NCBI GenBank assembly: GCA_964247055.1
Contig: OZ176059.1
Location: 2,666,001-2,730,000, forward strand
Direction of reading: 5' to 3'
DNA: 64,000 bases
Source: Paragordius varius
Lineage: Eukaryota > Animalia > Nematomorpha
Shown piece by piece: positions 12,398-27,300 of this stretch (position 1 is its first letter; each line of letters starts with the position of its first letter). A model generated the notes under the pieces. It saw only the letters and a program-made list of their open reading frames with translations, did not search any database and was not told the DNA's origin. Position numbers and translations under genes: made by a program.

Positions 12398-15300
12398 CTA
12401 TTATATATGTGTGGTAAAAAAATATTACTTTTTATTTTTATACATATGATGATGGCAATTATTATTAAATTTAAAACCCAAATATGAAACATAATAAATC
12501 CTATTTTATTCCAAACACCGGTTGAATTGCAAAAAAGGTAGCATACTTTGTTATTGTTTGTAAATATTTTATAGTTTAAACAATATTAAGGCTGGCTTAC
12601 CTACCAAAAAAACAATTGCCAGTTAATATTTAGGCTATAATTGAAGAGGATGGATTCGAAAATATATTAACCATAAATGAAAAAAACCTTAAAAATTGGT
12701 ATAAAATTCTTTGCAAATAAAAAACCATTGAGGACACCGTTTTTGTATACAAAATCCAAAACAAAACCTTACACGTAGTCTTTTTCAAAAAAAGGAATGT
12801 TGTGGGTAATGGGAATAATAATTAAATAAGCCTTAAAAAAATTGGCTAAAAAGCAAGAATTTTATATATTTCATAATATACAAAGTATATACGATTAATA
12901 TAGCAATATTTTTTTTGTATCCACTACTTTTTATTTCACAATTTCACTGAAAACTAAGGTTATTAATTCCTAATAGGGTTTTGAAACACTAATTTTTTTA
13001 ACCAATCCACTCAATATTAGTATATCTGTCAAAAATAGAGTTAGCATTGCAAAAATAAACCATTTCTCTTTTCCGTTTCTCCATCTCTTTGAGGCGTTGA
13101 CGTTCACGGGCCAAATCATCATGATGTTGGCTTTGAGCAGGTGATGGGGCGTGCTTAGTTACAGCAGTTATAGCGGTAACATTAGTCTGGTTAGATTTTA
13201 TTATCAGGTTTGTTGACGAAGAAGAAGAAAGTTTATTAAAAGACGACGACGACACTGTTGATAAATTTGTATTATTATTGATATTGGTATTTATATTACA
13301 AGTTGGTGGTATTGTCGCATTTACAATATTGCTAATATTATTATTATTATTATTGTTATTGTGGGATATTGTGGTACGTTTACTGATAGATGATGATGAT
13401 AAATTGACATTTGAAGCGAAACAAGTGGAAATGGTTGATGTGGGTGTTGTCCGGCTAACAATCAAGGTGGTTGTTAATGGTGAATACCTGTGATATAAAG
13501 ATATTGATATATACCATTTACAGTTCACATTAACCCTTGAACAATTTAAATTCACCCTTGAACAATTCAAATTCACCCTCGAACAATTTAAATTCACCCT
13601 AAAAATAAATTATGTGTTTTCGGGCAGCTAATATAACTCATTATTAATATGAAATATATCTTTATGGCCATAGTTTATTATTTTTTCGGTATTATTTTAA
13701 TTTTTATTTTCTAAAAATATATAAAAAATATTGGTAAATTTTAATCCTAAAAAACATATATTTTATTTGAGGGTGAATTTGAATTGTAAATGGTATTTAT
13801 ACAAACACTTGTTTAATTAGTCTTAAAAAAGGATATATATACCCTAGCTATAAACTATTTTTTATCATTTCAAGTTCACCCATAAACATCATTACAATTC
13901 ACCCCTGAATATTTCAAATTTCTAAAAATTAATTAGGTATTTTGGGTTAATATAATTATCAATGATATGTAATTCTTACTGGACATAGTTTATTTAACGA
14001 TTTCGAAAAAAATATTTTTTTAAAAAAAATTAAAATGTTTGAGGAATGAGTGATTTTAAGAAAGCAGCGCATGATATAAAATAAAATGCTTAAAATTAAA
14101 ATTAATATGTATATGTTTAACTTTTAAAATAACCTTTTTATTACCATACACTATATACATATACATATATATATATTAGAATATGTCTCAATCATAACAA
14201 TAAAATACTACCCAAATTTTAAATCACAAAAACAATTGGCAAAAAGTAGTTTAAAAAATTAAAAGTCACCGTATATGCATCTGTAAACCACCGAAAACAT
14301 TAATTTTATTATCTTAAATTTAACTTGGAAAACAAATGTATTTAAACAAAAATGTTTTTAAAAAAGATATATACCTTTTGTGAATATTTGAATCAATATG
14401 TGCTTTTTCTACCAGAGAGGTGGTCATGGTACTCTGATTATCAAATGTATTATGTTTAGGGGCTAAAACTTTGGATTTATAGGTTGAGTGTAAATTTTCA
14501 TTGGGGGAATTGAGATCACTAACATAAGGGGAAAAAACAATTATAAATTCTGTTTTTTTTAAAAAAATATATTCTTTTTTGTTATTCAATTTTAATGTTT
14601 TATAATTCTTTTTTTAATATATATTGTTAAAATTTTATAATTAATACAGTCACAAAAACAAAATTATATTGTAATAATCCTCCCCTATGTGTAAAAACGG
14701 TTATATAGAGCTATCAATCCTTTTTTATAGTAATTTTTAAGCCATTATGTTAATGTTTTATTATATAATGTACCGATGATATTCATTTTTGTGTTGCGCG
14801 GTCATTAAATTAGATGGTGTGCCAGTTAATTTTTCTGACGCTTTCGTACGTTCCTCTTGTTCTTTAAGTTGTTTTTGCTATAAATAAATAGATTTTAGTA
14901 ATGCAATTCAAATTTTAGCTGATTATAAAACAATAAATAATTGATATATTAGTTTAAAAATATATATATCTATATATTTATATATATATATATATATATA
15001 TTTACTACGAATCAAATAAGGAATCTGGCATTAACATCTTGATATATAGATTTGAATTTAAAATATATTTATTTATCCTAAGAAATTCATTCTTTTAAGC
15101 ACACAAAAATAAATATAATGTAAGTAACCATACCCTTTCTTCTTTTTCCAAAGCTTGTCGTCTATACAGCTCAAAACTATTATGAACTTCCTAAATATAA
15201 TAATAGTATGCGTTAAATTTATATATTATTGATTTTTAAAGCAAATCAAAAATGTTTACTTTTGGGCCCGTATGAGTTTCAACAGCCAACTTAGTTTTAG

Positions 15301-18300
15301 CAGATATTTGGGAATCATTATTAGCAGTAGTGATAGCAATATCAGGGTTTGTAATTTTTTTATCACATGTTCTGTAATAATTTAAAGTCGTTATATATTT
15401 TTGAGCCAACCTTATACTTATAATGTAATTATATATTTTAATCCCTTTAGTAAAAAAAGGCATATAAAATATATATGTGAAATATTTCAATTATCTGATA
15501 TTCATACATTGTCAGAGATGTGGCTGATAAATCATTATCAGTTTTCCCATTTTTCATGACATCCTCTTTATCATCTAAATAAAAGTTTTGGTAAAAAAAC
15601 AATATCCCTTTCAAAATTTTAAACAATATAAAAACAATGATTTTTGTAATTAGATTCAAATAATATATGACCAACTTTTAATATATTTATATTATATCGA
15701 TTAATTATACACTGTTTTATTAATTGAAAGTTAAGGTTAGAAAAATTCGTATAAAATGAAAACATTTTTTTGGGTATATGGGTTTTTAATCCGTTAAGAG
15801 AGAAAAAATTGTATGCATACAAATATGATTTTTTTGCTTTTAACCATATTGAAAGACCCATATAAATAACTATTAATATGACTGTTTACGACGAAATATT
15901 AAAACAGTCATGTAAAAACAACCACTGTTTTATAATGATTTATAATAAACTTAGCTTAACATAACTCAAAGTATGTGCATAAAACCACATGTTTCAATCA
16001 AATCATCATCATACATAAAATAGATCAAAAAAGAGAGAGTTACTTACCTAGTATTGTGCTACTATTACTACTACTGCTAGTATTTATGTTAATAGAGGTA
16101 TTGGAAACCAATGATAAACCATCGTCATCAGCTGTTTTTCCGCCATCACCACCACCATCACCATGTCCTTCTTCTCCAGTCACTATGGCCAACGCAGTAG
16201 GGGAAGGAGGGGGAGATTTACTATTTGCAGGACCGAGACCGGGGTCAGGACCAATGGTGGGTGGTCTCTTAGCAACAGCTGAGATCGGGCTGGTAGCCAA
16301 TGATGATGATGATGACGAGGAGGAGGAGGATGAAGATAAATTTGATTTATTAGTGCTTGATGAGGAGGAGGAAGTGGATGAACTATCATTACTGCTGTTT
16401 GATGAAAGGGATGATGAGGATAATCGTGTTCCGCCAACATCACCGCCGATATCATTAGTCTTTTTTTTCTCGTCTGTGAAAACAGCTGATGTTGTTTCGT
16501 TAGTTAAAATGACATGTGTTGTTGTGGTAGTGAAATTATTTTTTAAAGCTGTTGTTGTTGATGATGATGATGATGTTGATGTAAAAACTGAACAGGATGT
16601 AGAGGAGGAATGGGAAAGTGCCAATGTTATGTTATCACTATTAGCAAGGGCAGTTGTATGCGATAGATTAGACAAATCTTTCTTTCCATCAGAATTTATT
16701 ATGGTTGTATTAATAGAATTTATGGTTCTAGTAGCATTTGATAATGATGAGGATATGTATGATAATGATGTCGCCTGTTGTAAAGAAGAAACTGTAGGGG
16801 TGACTGGCAGAGTAGTACTTATAAGAGCATTATTGTTTAATAAATGATTTATATCATTGTTACTGTTGTTATTTTTATTATTGGGATGATGATGAGATTT
16901 GGTGGTGTATGTGGAGGAAGTAAGATTCATTCTAGTAGGACTTGAAGGAGTTGTGATTGCTGAAAAAACAAAATATGGTAATACAAAACTTCAAATTTAA
17001 TGAAATATTATTAATTGTATTGTATATAAAAACGCCTCATATCTATCTACTAAGATAAGTAACCATTACTAATTAATTTATTGTTGGTTACTTATTTCTT
17101 ATTATTTGCTAATTTTCAAAATAATCTGCACAATCTGACAAAAAAAACCTTAAATCAAATCTTCAAGAACAACTGAAAATGCTTAAAATAAGTTTTGTTT
17201 ATTTAGGTAAGACCTCAAATTCCTTTTCAAATTCTGAAAGCTAAAGTAAACTTATTAGAAAATACATTTTACTCTTCTCTAAGGTGCATTATGTATATAA
17301 ATAAATATCATTTACCATCAAGCATTGACAATGATGATGGCGGTGGTGTTGTCGTTTTAGACTCAACATTATTATTATTACTCTCTGTCACAGCTGTTGT
17401 TGTTGGTGCTGTTGATGAGGACATCAAAACAGCTGATCGAAAAGACGATGATGACAATGTCGTTGTGGCGGATGCAACATTTTTTGCCGACTGGATTACG
17501 GCGGGTCGTTCAGTGGACAACAGCTGTTGTTGTTGTTGCTGCTGTACTATAGGTGCTTGGTGATGAGGATGATACACATGAGTGGTGGGGAGTGAAGAAA
17601 CCCCACCAGGATTGCTCCCTCCCAAAGCGCCAGACACATCAAGGAGTCTGCGTTCAAGCTCCTGCCTCCGTTCCTTAACCAATTCATCTTTGCTTTTTTG
17701 GGCGGCTAATTTTTTGGCTATATATATACAGTAAAAATTTAATTTGTACAAAAGAAAAAAATGTAATAAACTAAAAGACAGATATCGGTTACGGTATAAA
17801 GACAATTACTTTTTCCTACATTATCTATCTAATCGCAATTGATTGATGTAATTAATTCAGTGTTTTATAAAACTACATATCTATTACTATTACATATTGC
17901 CTAAAAAAATTTAAGGATTGCTTTCTTAAAAAATATTTGTCTTTTAGTTATTACGTTTTGTTTGTATAAAGTGTACAAAAATTGTTTTACTTTAAATTTT
18001 ATATACATTATATAACATTTATATACAAATAAATTAAAGCATATGAGTTTAAAATTTATTTTATTGATTAAATGGTTACCAAAATAATAAACAAGCTAAT
18101 CTTCTACATTCTGGATGATAAGAGGGGAAGAGGAATATTCAATATATAAAAAAGATGGTTTACCGTAAAAATTAAGTTTTTTTATCATATTAAGCGAATC
18201 GTGTATAATTTGTAATCCAGAAACATTTTTTATAACATAACAAAATTAAATAAATATGTTTACAATATTGCTTCCTGGGTCGTTTACGGAGACAAGAAGC

Positions 18301-21300
18301 GACATAAGCCTCCAATTCCCGTAACGTGGAAGGTTTAAGCGTTTCAAAATCAATTTCAATCTCATCGGGATTGGAATCACGAAGTGATGGTTCTCTCGTT
18401 TGAATAATATGTACGACTTGACCAAGTTTATCACCTATAATACCATAAAAATATATGAATCAAATAAATAATAGTAATCGATGGAAAAATTAAGGGATTA
18501 AATATAAATTTGTTTTTTTTGGTGTACTCAAATTAAAAAACATAATATAACGTGTAAAAGTAACACTATGGATGTGGCTTATGAGACAATAAAATTAAAA
18601 TCTTTCATCATTAATAACCTAATAATTAATTATCATTTAAATGATAAACGGCTTATTCTATAAGCTTCTGCAAAAAACGCATGTTTCCTAATCTACAACG
18701 CTCTATAGAATTCGTATCCCCCCCCCCCAAAAAAAAACGTACAAATATTTCTCAATTTACTGTTGTTGTTAGTTAAAAGTCTTAAGGCGCGTTTCAATAA
18801 TTATAAATATTATTACCAGGCAACTTATTAATGTCCAAACTTAGTTGACGTTTTTCATCGTAGGACATAGGTTTGGTATTATCATCCTCCTCTTCGTTGC
18901 TATCATCAAACAGGTGGCCGGGCATAAAACTGGTCGAAGCAGTATTTGCCAATCTAGAGCTTTGATGGTGTTGCCCTAAACCTAAAAAAAGAAATTATTA
19001 AATTTATTAATGATTGTAATATTTTTTTTCTTTAAGAGTTTTTTTCTCCCAACAAGGGAGTAACCCTTCGGATAGATTCACGCCATAAGCATCGGTCCTG
19101 CGCATCTTCAATTTTGAGGTTTAAAATAGCCAGATGATTGCAATAACAAAACATTAAATGTTTAAATGTATTTATATGTATATTTATTTAATAACTTAGA
19201 TCGAATAATGGGAATATGTTACACTGTACACATCTATTGCGTTGTTTCGCAACCCAAAAGAATACGTTATGTTTAAATCTAGATTTCTTTAAAAATATAA
19301 ATATACTTTTCTGTCTTTAAATTTTATTATCTAAACAACGCAAATAGACTATTAAAATTTTGGTACATAGGATAAGCCAGGATAATGTAAAATTTTTATA
19401 CATTTATAGATGATTAAAACACACTAAAAAATACAATGTTTAGCGTAATGCATAAACATAAAAACCTATTCAATTATTAATTTTAAATGAATGGTTGGGA
19501 AAATCTATAATCTGCTCACATTTAATCTAACCTAACACCCTATTGCGTGTATATATGGAAATGATGTCGAAAAATTAAAAAATAAATAACGCAAAATAAT
19601 AGTTTTGTATGCAATAATAACCCATTTTTATTTACCGCAATTATGATAATAATAATAATAATAAAACTAACCTGATGTAGATATGGAGGAACGGTTTTGA
19701 CTACCTCGTGACAATTTATTACCAGCTGATTTGGGAGGATTTGGAGTTAAACTGTTGTTATTTATATTGAAATTAGTATGTTGAAAAAATTCGAAGAAAA
19801 AAATTGAATAAATAAAATATCAAAAAACATTCCGTATTTTATAAATTAAAGACCAAACAATATATAACAGCCTCTGTATGTGTTATATAAAAAAACTACG
19901 GTTAAGAAAAAACAACACCAAAGAGTTTTAAATAAATTTAGCGTTAAAAAGGTTTTGCCTAGAGAGTGTATAAGTAAAAAGTTTTAAAATAACTTATTAA
20001 ATATTATAATCAAAAATACTGACCTACTATCAACCATATGAGCGTCGGACAAACCGATACCAGTCGTCACATGATAGGACTGGTGTCCTTCAGCCAAGGA
20101 GGGCGCATTATTTCCCTCCTGTTGCGTTAACAGGAGATTATTAGTATTGTGTTGTTCATCGGTATGTAAAGTTGTATTATGGGTAGTGGTATTTATATCA
20201 ACATTAGACATGGTCGAATTAACTGAATGTGATAGGGTGAGTCCACCACCAGCACCGTTATAACTGCCAATAGTTTGGACCGGTCCAGCGGCGGTATTGC
20301 GTTTGGAAGAGGCGGCCTTTTTCCGCGTACTGCTGGGATTAGCGGTCGCTAATGTTTTATTTTTTCCCATCGTTATAACGCCAGAAGCATTATTATTTGT
20401 TGTGGCCGTTATTGTGGTATTGATAGTAGAGTGTCGTGATTTACGGTTCCCGCCGAGTAGGGTTGAAACTGTCCCCAAGGACGTGGAAGTTATCAAAGGA
20501 GGATTAATATTAACATTATGTTTAGCTCCTAAAAAAAGAGTATAAAATAATAGAAAAAGTGATACATATTTATTGAATTTGTTGGGATACAAAATACAAT
20601 ACACATTAAGTATACAGTATGCATATTAATGTTGATTCACATTGTTTTTGGGTAATCGTGAATACAGTAGCGTATGGGTAAAAAACAACAATGGATGAAA
20701 TCACAATTTTTTCCTCTCTTACAACCCTTAAGTCTATATTTAATTATGGAAAAAAATTATTTTATTTCATACGCTATTAAATGGCCAATTGGCTAACAAT
20801 AATGTTAATTCAACATAAAATTAATCTGTGTACTATATCTAATGCCACTTTCTAGTGGTGTTAGAGGGGAAGTATTAAATGTTCTGCAAAAAATGTCTTC
20901 TTCGCAATAAATTTTTTTTCAAAAAAGTGTGATAAGTAAAAAGTTAGCCTATCTGAAATTTTAAACCATGTATTGGAGTTATTTATACTAATAAGTTTAA
21001 TCCCTCCTCATTCTTTATACAAACAGCGCAGTGCAAATAAACAAATTTATTCATCCAATTCTAATTGGCTTTTTCGATCATTAAATTGGCCCGATTATTC
21101 GAGAAAAAATCGCTAAAGGTTAAGTGATAAACAATTTAGTTTGTAGTTTAAAAATCACCAATTAAAAAAAATAAAATAAAAAAATGGAAAAAGGGTAATG
21201 TTACGGATAAACTCCTTATCACTATAGGCTTGATTTAGTAAATGTTCTTTTATGGTAAATTTATAATTTTTATTTTTCATTTTCTGGTCCAACAAATTAT

Positions 21301-24300
21301 TATTTTTTTATAAACATATAAATGCGGTTACATTTTAATTGTATTGTAATTTGTAAGTATTACATCAAATGGCTATTACAAAACATAACTAATATGCAAA
21401 TATTTTGGAATGGTAGCAATTAAATATGGAAATAAAAAACTATAGTATACATTTTAATGCTGGCTTATTCCTATTATATTCAAATATTATTTAGTTGAGT
21501 TAGAAACTCTTTAAGGCCATAATAAGCCAGGCATTTTAGTAATAAACCGGCTCAAAAAATTAGTGGCAACACAGTAGTGTATGGTAAAAAAGTATAAAAT
21601 GTGAAATAAACAATATTTTCCCATCAAACATTATTTTGTTTATTTTATACAACATTTTATTGTTGTTTATTTCATATACTAGTGTGTTGCTAATTAACCA
21701 ACTATATAATGAGAATAAGCCAGCAATGCATAGTGTAAATGAATGATATATACCCCTCAGTAAAGTGTTTAATACTAATCAAACACATTAAAAAATCAAT
21801 TAAAGTCATGTATATGTAGAATTGATAGAAATCGTTTTTAAATGATTATAATTTGTTTTATCTTGTTTTAATGTTTGAATTGTCAACTTTTAACATGCGC
21901 ATTTTTAAGCATTAAAATAATAATAGCTTATTTATTGTAAACAATTAAAAACAAAGTAAAATCAATTAAAAACGTATATCTGACAATTCTAAACATACAT
22001 GACTGTATTTATATATATATATATAGTCATGTATTCTTTATTTTAACAAATTTTTTTTTTCGTTAAATGGGTTTAAATATTTGGTAAAGAATGGAAAAAA
22101 CAAGAGCTCTATAGTAAATTCTTAAACTTTTTTAATGATTATGATATTGTTAATACCATAGAGCTCATTTTTTACCAAATATTTTACCCATTTAACGAAA
22201 TAAAAAAATTTTGATAAAATAAAGGATCCCTGACTGTATATATATATATATATATATATTACCTTTGCTTCTCTTTTTCCCACTGATTGTTTGATAAGGA
22301 GTAGATGGTATGGAAGCTGTGTTAAGCATTTGTAACATTGGATCATCCATATCTATATATGTGTACAAGCACAATGATTATGTGATTTAATATGTAATCA
22401 GGAAATTATAAAGTGAAAAAAGACAGTAAGTCGATATATTTTTTATATTTAAAAATGACAAAAAAGGTAATTTAAATTACATATAAAATTATCTCAACCA
22501 AAAAAATATCATATAAATCAAACAAACTCTTTATGTGGGGAATTAATGACCGCATAAGTCATAATTATAGATTTGGCAAAAATTTAAAAATAAATTATAA
22601 ATCTATTAATGGTAATAATATATACCATTTACAATTCAAATTCATCCTTTAACAATGCAAATTTACTCTCGAAAATTCAAATTTTCTCTTGAACAATGCA
22701 AATTCTTCCCAAAAAATATTATGTTTTTGGGCTAATATAACTCATCATTAATATGATATATATAGTTTATTATTTTAGCATTATATTAATTTGGAACAGA
22801 ATTTCATATTTTAAAAATATTGAAAAATGAAGGTAAGTTTTTATAAAAAACATATATTTTATTTTAGGGTGAATTTAAATTGTTTAAGGGTATTTGGTAA
22901 ATAGTATATTGTCACAAAAAAAAGTCATAATGATATATTTTGCCAAAAAAAGCAAAAATGTCAACTCCCAAATGTAAACTAATACGTGTTTGACAATATG
23001 GGCCGGCCTCTCAAAGAAAAAATGAACGTGTCCAATATAAATTATAAAATACCAAAGCCGGCAAATATTATATCATATTTTATTATATTATGGTAAAATC
23101 ACCGCCATAAATGATGTTATTGGCCTTATTATTTGTCCCCAACAGAAAATATATAACAATTAAGATAATAATGAAACTAAAAGATCCATTATTCATTTGT
23201 GTCATATTTAAGGGGTACCTATTTATGTTTTGGAAAACTACGCATTTGTGTTAAAGTTGATGATAAACTTTAATAGAATATAGGGATAATACCATATACG
23301 AGAAATAAATGCAATCAATATAAGATTAGCTGACTATCGATATATTTGCACATTAACTTTTTTAACTCGAACTAAACTTTTGTATCATACATTTTTTATG
23401 AAAAATTCATATAATTTTTGATAAATTATAATTGCAATATAATAATACAATAAATTCATATAATTTTTGAAAAATTATAATTGCAATATAAAAATACTTA
23501 ATATATTAATATACCACACCTTCTCTTCCTAACATGGCATTTGTGCTACTCGTTATATCAGTCGCTAACATGCCACCTGAATCATCACCCGTTTTTGTTG
23601 TGGATGAACGTTTCAATTTTTTCTTTCGCCTTTTACTGCTTGTTGTGTTATTGGAGCTAGTTGTGTTAATATCATTAATATTGCTTAGTAGAGTTGGGTT
23701 TGTCGTAGCTTTGGCCGTAAGTGTTGCCAATTGTTCATGGATACTACGTAACTAATATATGTATATATATAAAAATGGACAATTTTTGTTAATCCATATG
23801 GGAGCACAATTAAAAAATAAATAAATGCATAACGCATAATTTGTGATATCAAAATATTGATGATACAGACTTCAAACTGTCAACTTTATATATAATCCAT
23901 TTCGGGAAAGGACAAACTCATAGCATTAACGGTTTATACAAATAATTAGGTAGTTAAAAATTAAGCACAAAGTGCCATTTTAGGTTAGAAATCAATAGGT
24001 ATTAAGGGTAACTGGTTTCCTAGTGCATATATATATTATTTTATATGTCCTATTTAAGATTGAAAAAACCATGTAAATCACAAATTTTAGTGTTCAGATA
24101 AAACCAATCAGAAAAAAAGAATAACCTGAGCCTGCAGTAGGGCTAGGTGTCGTTGTTTCTCCACCGTGTTCAAGGCAGAGACAGCTGCAACAGCGGAAGG
24201 GACCGAACCCGAAGAGTGCGCTGCCAACGAATCATCTCCCGAGGTATAACCATCGCCTGTGCCACTACTGCTACTGCCGCTATCACTATTACTATCACTG

Positions 24301-27300
24301 TTTTCATCGCTATCCTCATCATTTTCACCGGTCCCATCAACAACAGCTGATTTAGCGCCCATATGATCTAGCGCACCGCCACCTCCGGCGGCCCGTCCAC
24401 CCCTTAATCTAGCGGCGGCGGTGGCACCACCCGTGGCCACAAGAGTTGAGGAAGCGGATGAACTGCGTGACCTTCGGCCACCTGCTAATAGGGGAACAGC
24501 TGTTTGCTGCATAAAAGAGTGATGGAGATGTTGAAGCTGTTGGTGTGGCAGTAGCTGTATTGGTTCATCCGGCATTTTGGCAAAACGCATTTCAAACACA
24601 TCCTACATGTTAAAATAGCAAATATATAGAGATAATATGTTAAACAACCTGATATAAAATGAAATGTGTTTAATATCGAATTTTTAAACCTATTAACTGA
24701 ATGCCAATAATTATATACAGATATTTTTTTGTGTATAATTTTAAAACAAGCGAGTCCTATAGCCACCTCTCCGCGATGTAGGACAGATCACGCTAATGGC
24801 AACAGTTTATAATGTTTTGTAAAATATTAGTTGTACATAAGAGCAGGTGTTGCGTAAAAATTGCCTTAGATAACCATGAAGCATAAATCTAAATATATAT
24901 TACTTCGCAGTTAAAAATTTCAATCCTGAACTTTACCTACCTACACAATTAAATAAGAATGCTACTCATCTTAATATGAAACGTTTTAAAAAGAAAAATA
25001 TGGCTATTACTACTTTGGGTATCAATGTGTTATAAATAGAAAATTGTCGACATAATATTACAGTAAGATTATTAAATATTTATCAAAAAAAACAAATGAT
25101 TATCCAAATGAAAAAAATGATTAGCACAGGGTTAACAAAATATGTTAAATGTGAAAGTAGATACAACAGAAAGAATTTATCAAGTATCGTATATTGTGTA
25201 GTATATATTACATATTTTTTATACATGTGCTAATCATTTTTATCTTTTGAATATTCATTTTTTCCGTGATAATCATTTATAATTAATTTTACAGTAATTA
25301 GCATTTATAGAAAGAATAATTTTTTTAACCTGTAAACGCCGGGCCATAGCAACTACATCATGATCAGGGGGATTGTACTTGTAACAATTGGTAAAGATTA
25401 ACCGTACATCCAAAGAAAATTCTGTGGGATTTCTATATTCACGGGCTTCTAATTTTTTCTGTAAAATAATAGTAATAAAAACATTAAAAGGGTTGGGTTT
25501 TAATTGGACTGACGGCCTTATAAATGCAATCAGTCATGGTCAAACTAGTCATCATTAACACAAATGTAAAATATGTGTTAAACAAAATAATATAGTACCC
25601 ATTTTTCAATACTATTTACACTTTAAATCCACCCTTGAACAATTCAAATTTACCTACGAACAATTCAAATTAACTCTAAAATAAATTATGTATTTTTTAA
25701 GATTGAAAATTACTTATATTTTTTTACATTTTTAAAAAACGAATGTTTAAAATTAAAATAATACTGAAAAAATTATATATACCAAGCCATTAAAATATAT
25801 AGCTCAAAAATTCATAATTTAGTTTTAGGGTAAATTTGAATTGTTTGAGGGTGAATTTAAATAAAGTTTGAATTGTTAATGATATATTAATGAGTAATTA
25901 TATATTAAATTTAACAATTTTTAATATCAAATCTTGGTTTATATTAAGTTAAATCATCAAAAAAATAATATTAAACATTTTTGACTGGTAAATTATAAAG
26001 TTAGCCGGGTCCAACCCTGAACATAATTTGGACGTGTTATAATAACGCAATTACAATTAACAAAGTTTTAAGAAGATAAAAAAGGTAAAAGTTATACATA
26101 TATATATATATATATATATAATGTAAAATTTAGATCCCAAATATACCTTAACAGTTCCCAAGTCCATGGGTTTTTTGATAATATCATAATAGTCGGGGAG
26201 ATTGAGTTCAAGAACATCGACAGGATTGTAAAATGGCCATGCATATGACTTCACAAAAAAAGACATAATAATATTATAACTAAAATTAAATAAATTTTAA
26301 CCTTAATAATGAAATGATAAATATACAAGTTTCTTACTATATGTAATGATAACATTAAACGACGTTTATCATAAACCGTATTATACCATTTACAATTCAA
26401 TTTCACCCTTAAATTCAAATTCACCCTTAAACAATTCAAATTCACCCTCGATCAATTCGAATTCACCCTCAATTAAAATATATTTTTTTTAAGTTTAAAA
26501 ACTACCAATATTTTTATATATTTCTAAAAAATAAAATTATTTATTTTAGATTTAAATCAAACAAAATAATAAACTATAACATAAACATATATTTCATATT
26601 AATGAGTTATATTAGTTCGAAAATACATAATTTATTTTTAGGGTGAATTTGAATTGTTCAAAGGTGAATATGAATAGTTGAAGGGTGAATTTGAATTGTT
26701 CGAGGGTGTGAATTGTTCAAGGGTGAATATAAACTGTAAATGGTATATTTACAACATATCTATTTAAAAAAATATTATATATAGCTAATTCTTTTAATAT
26801 AATTTTGTAAAAAAATAAAAAAGTTTACATGATGCTTTTTGGAAAACATTTCTTTGATTAGGTCAGCACAATATTTCATTTGAACGGGCAAGCCACCCTT
26901 TTTCAGATGCTACAATGATAAAATAACGCATTATCATATAAATGGACGAATATAGAGGAAATATAATAATTTTAAGAGTTGTGTAATGACAAAAAAACGC
27001 CTGAATCAAATAATTACATAATGTGAAAATATAGTCAATCCTATTTCGCAAAAAATTATGTCTTATGTGATATTGTTTATGAAAAATAAATAATCAGATA
27101 TATTTTAACTATAAAACGCCTATATGTCTGAAATTCGTTGTTTCTCCTCGAGTATTATAGCAATGCTTAGTAATTAAAACCATAATTCCGAGTCACGTAA
27201 ACTTATAAAAAAATATACTTTATTTAGCTTGAGTGTGTAAAATGATTTGTTAGTAATGGTAATAGTAAAAAATTGATTACCCCTTAATATTAACGTTTAC

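Larger units (their letters stand above)
25330..26909 (-). other. Bromodomain 2 of the BET gene (exons 7-9; last helix in exon 10)
   Basis: [17 protein letters not shown]|[34 protein letters not shown]|[43 protein letters not shown]|[14 protein letters not shown]. Confidence 0.97.

Noticed and set aside
13488-13597. N-terminal (NLNCSRV)n part of ORF 12998-13597, and the similar (DQLEMFK)n ORF at 57021-57239
   Set aside because: These derive from MITE 21-mers. The real exon starts at the AG acceptor at 13488-13489.
15975-16847. 290-aa plus-strand ORF rich in D/E/V/L
   Set aside because: It is the antisense shadow of the Ser/Thr/Asn low-complexity BET exon 18. The same applies to 13278-13493, 17291-17563, 20297-20545, 23534-23755 and 24147-24350.
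19040-19130. GC-richer intronic island as a cryptic BET exon
   Set aside because: The minus strand reads [19 protein letters not shown], typical of an RTE 3' end, so it is a tiny LINE fragment.
24749-24794. GC-rich hairpin (AGCG-A-GTCCTA...TAGGAC...CGCT) in BET intron 9 as a snoRNA or other ncRNA
   Set aside because: No C/D or H/ACA boxes in proper positions. It could be a LINE 3'-end remnant, and there is not enough evidence to call it.
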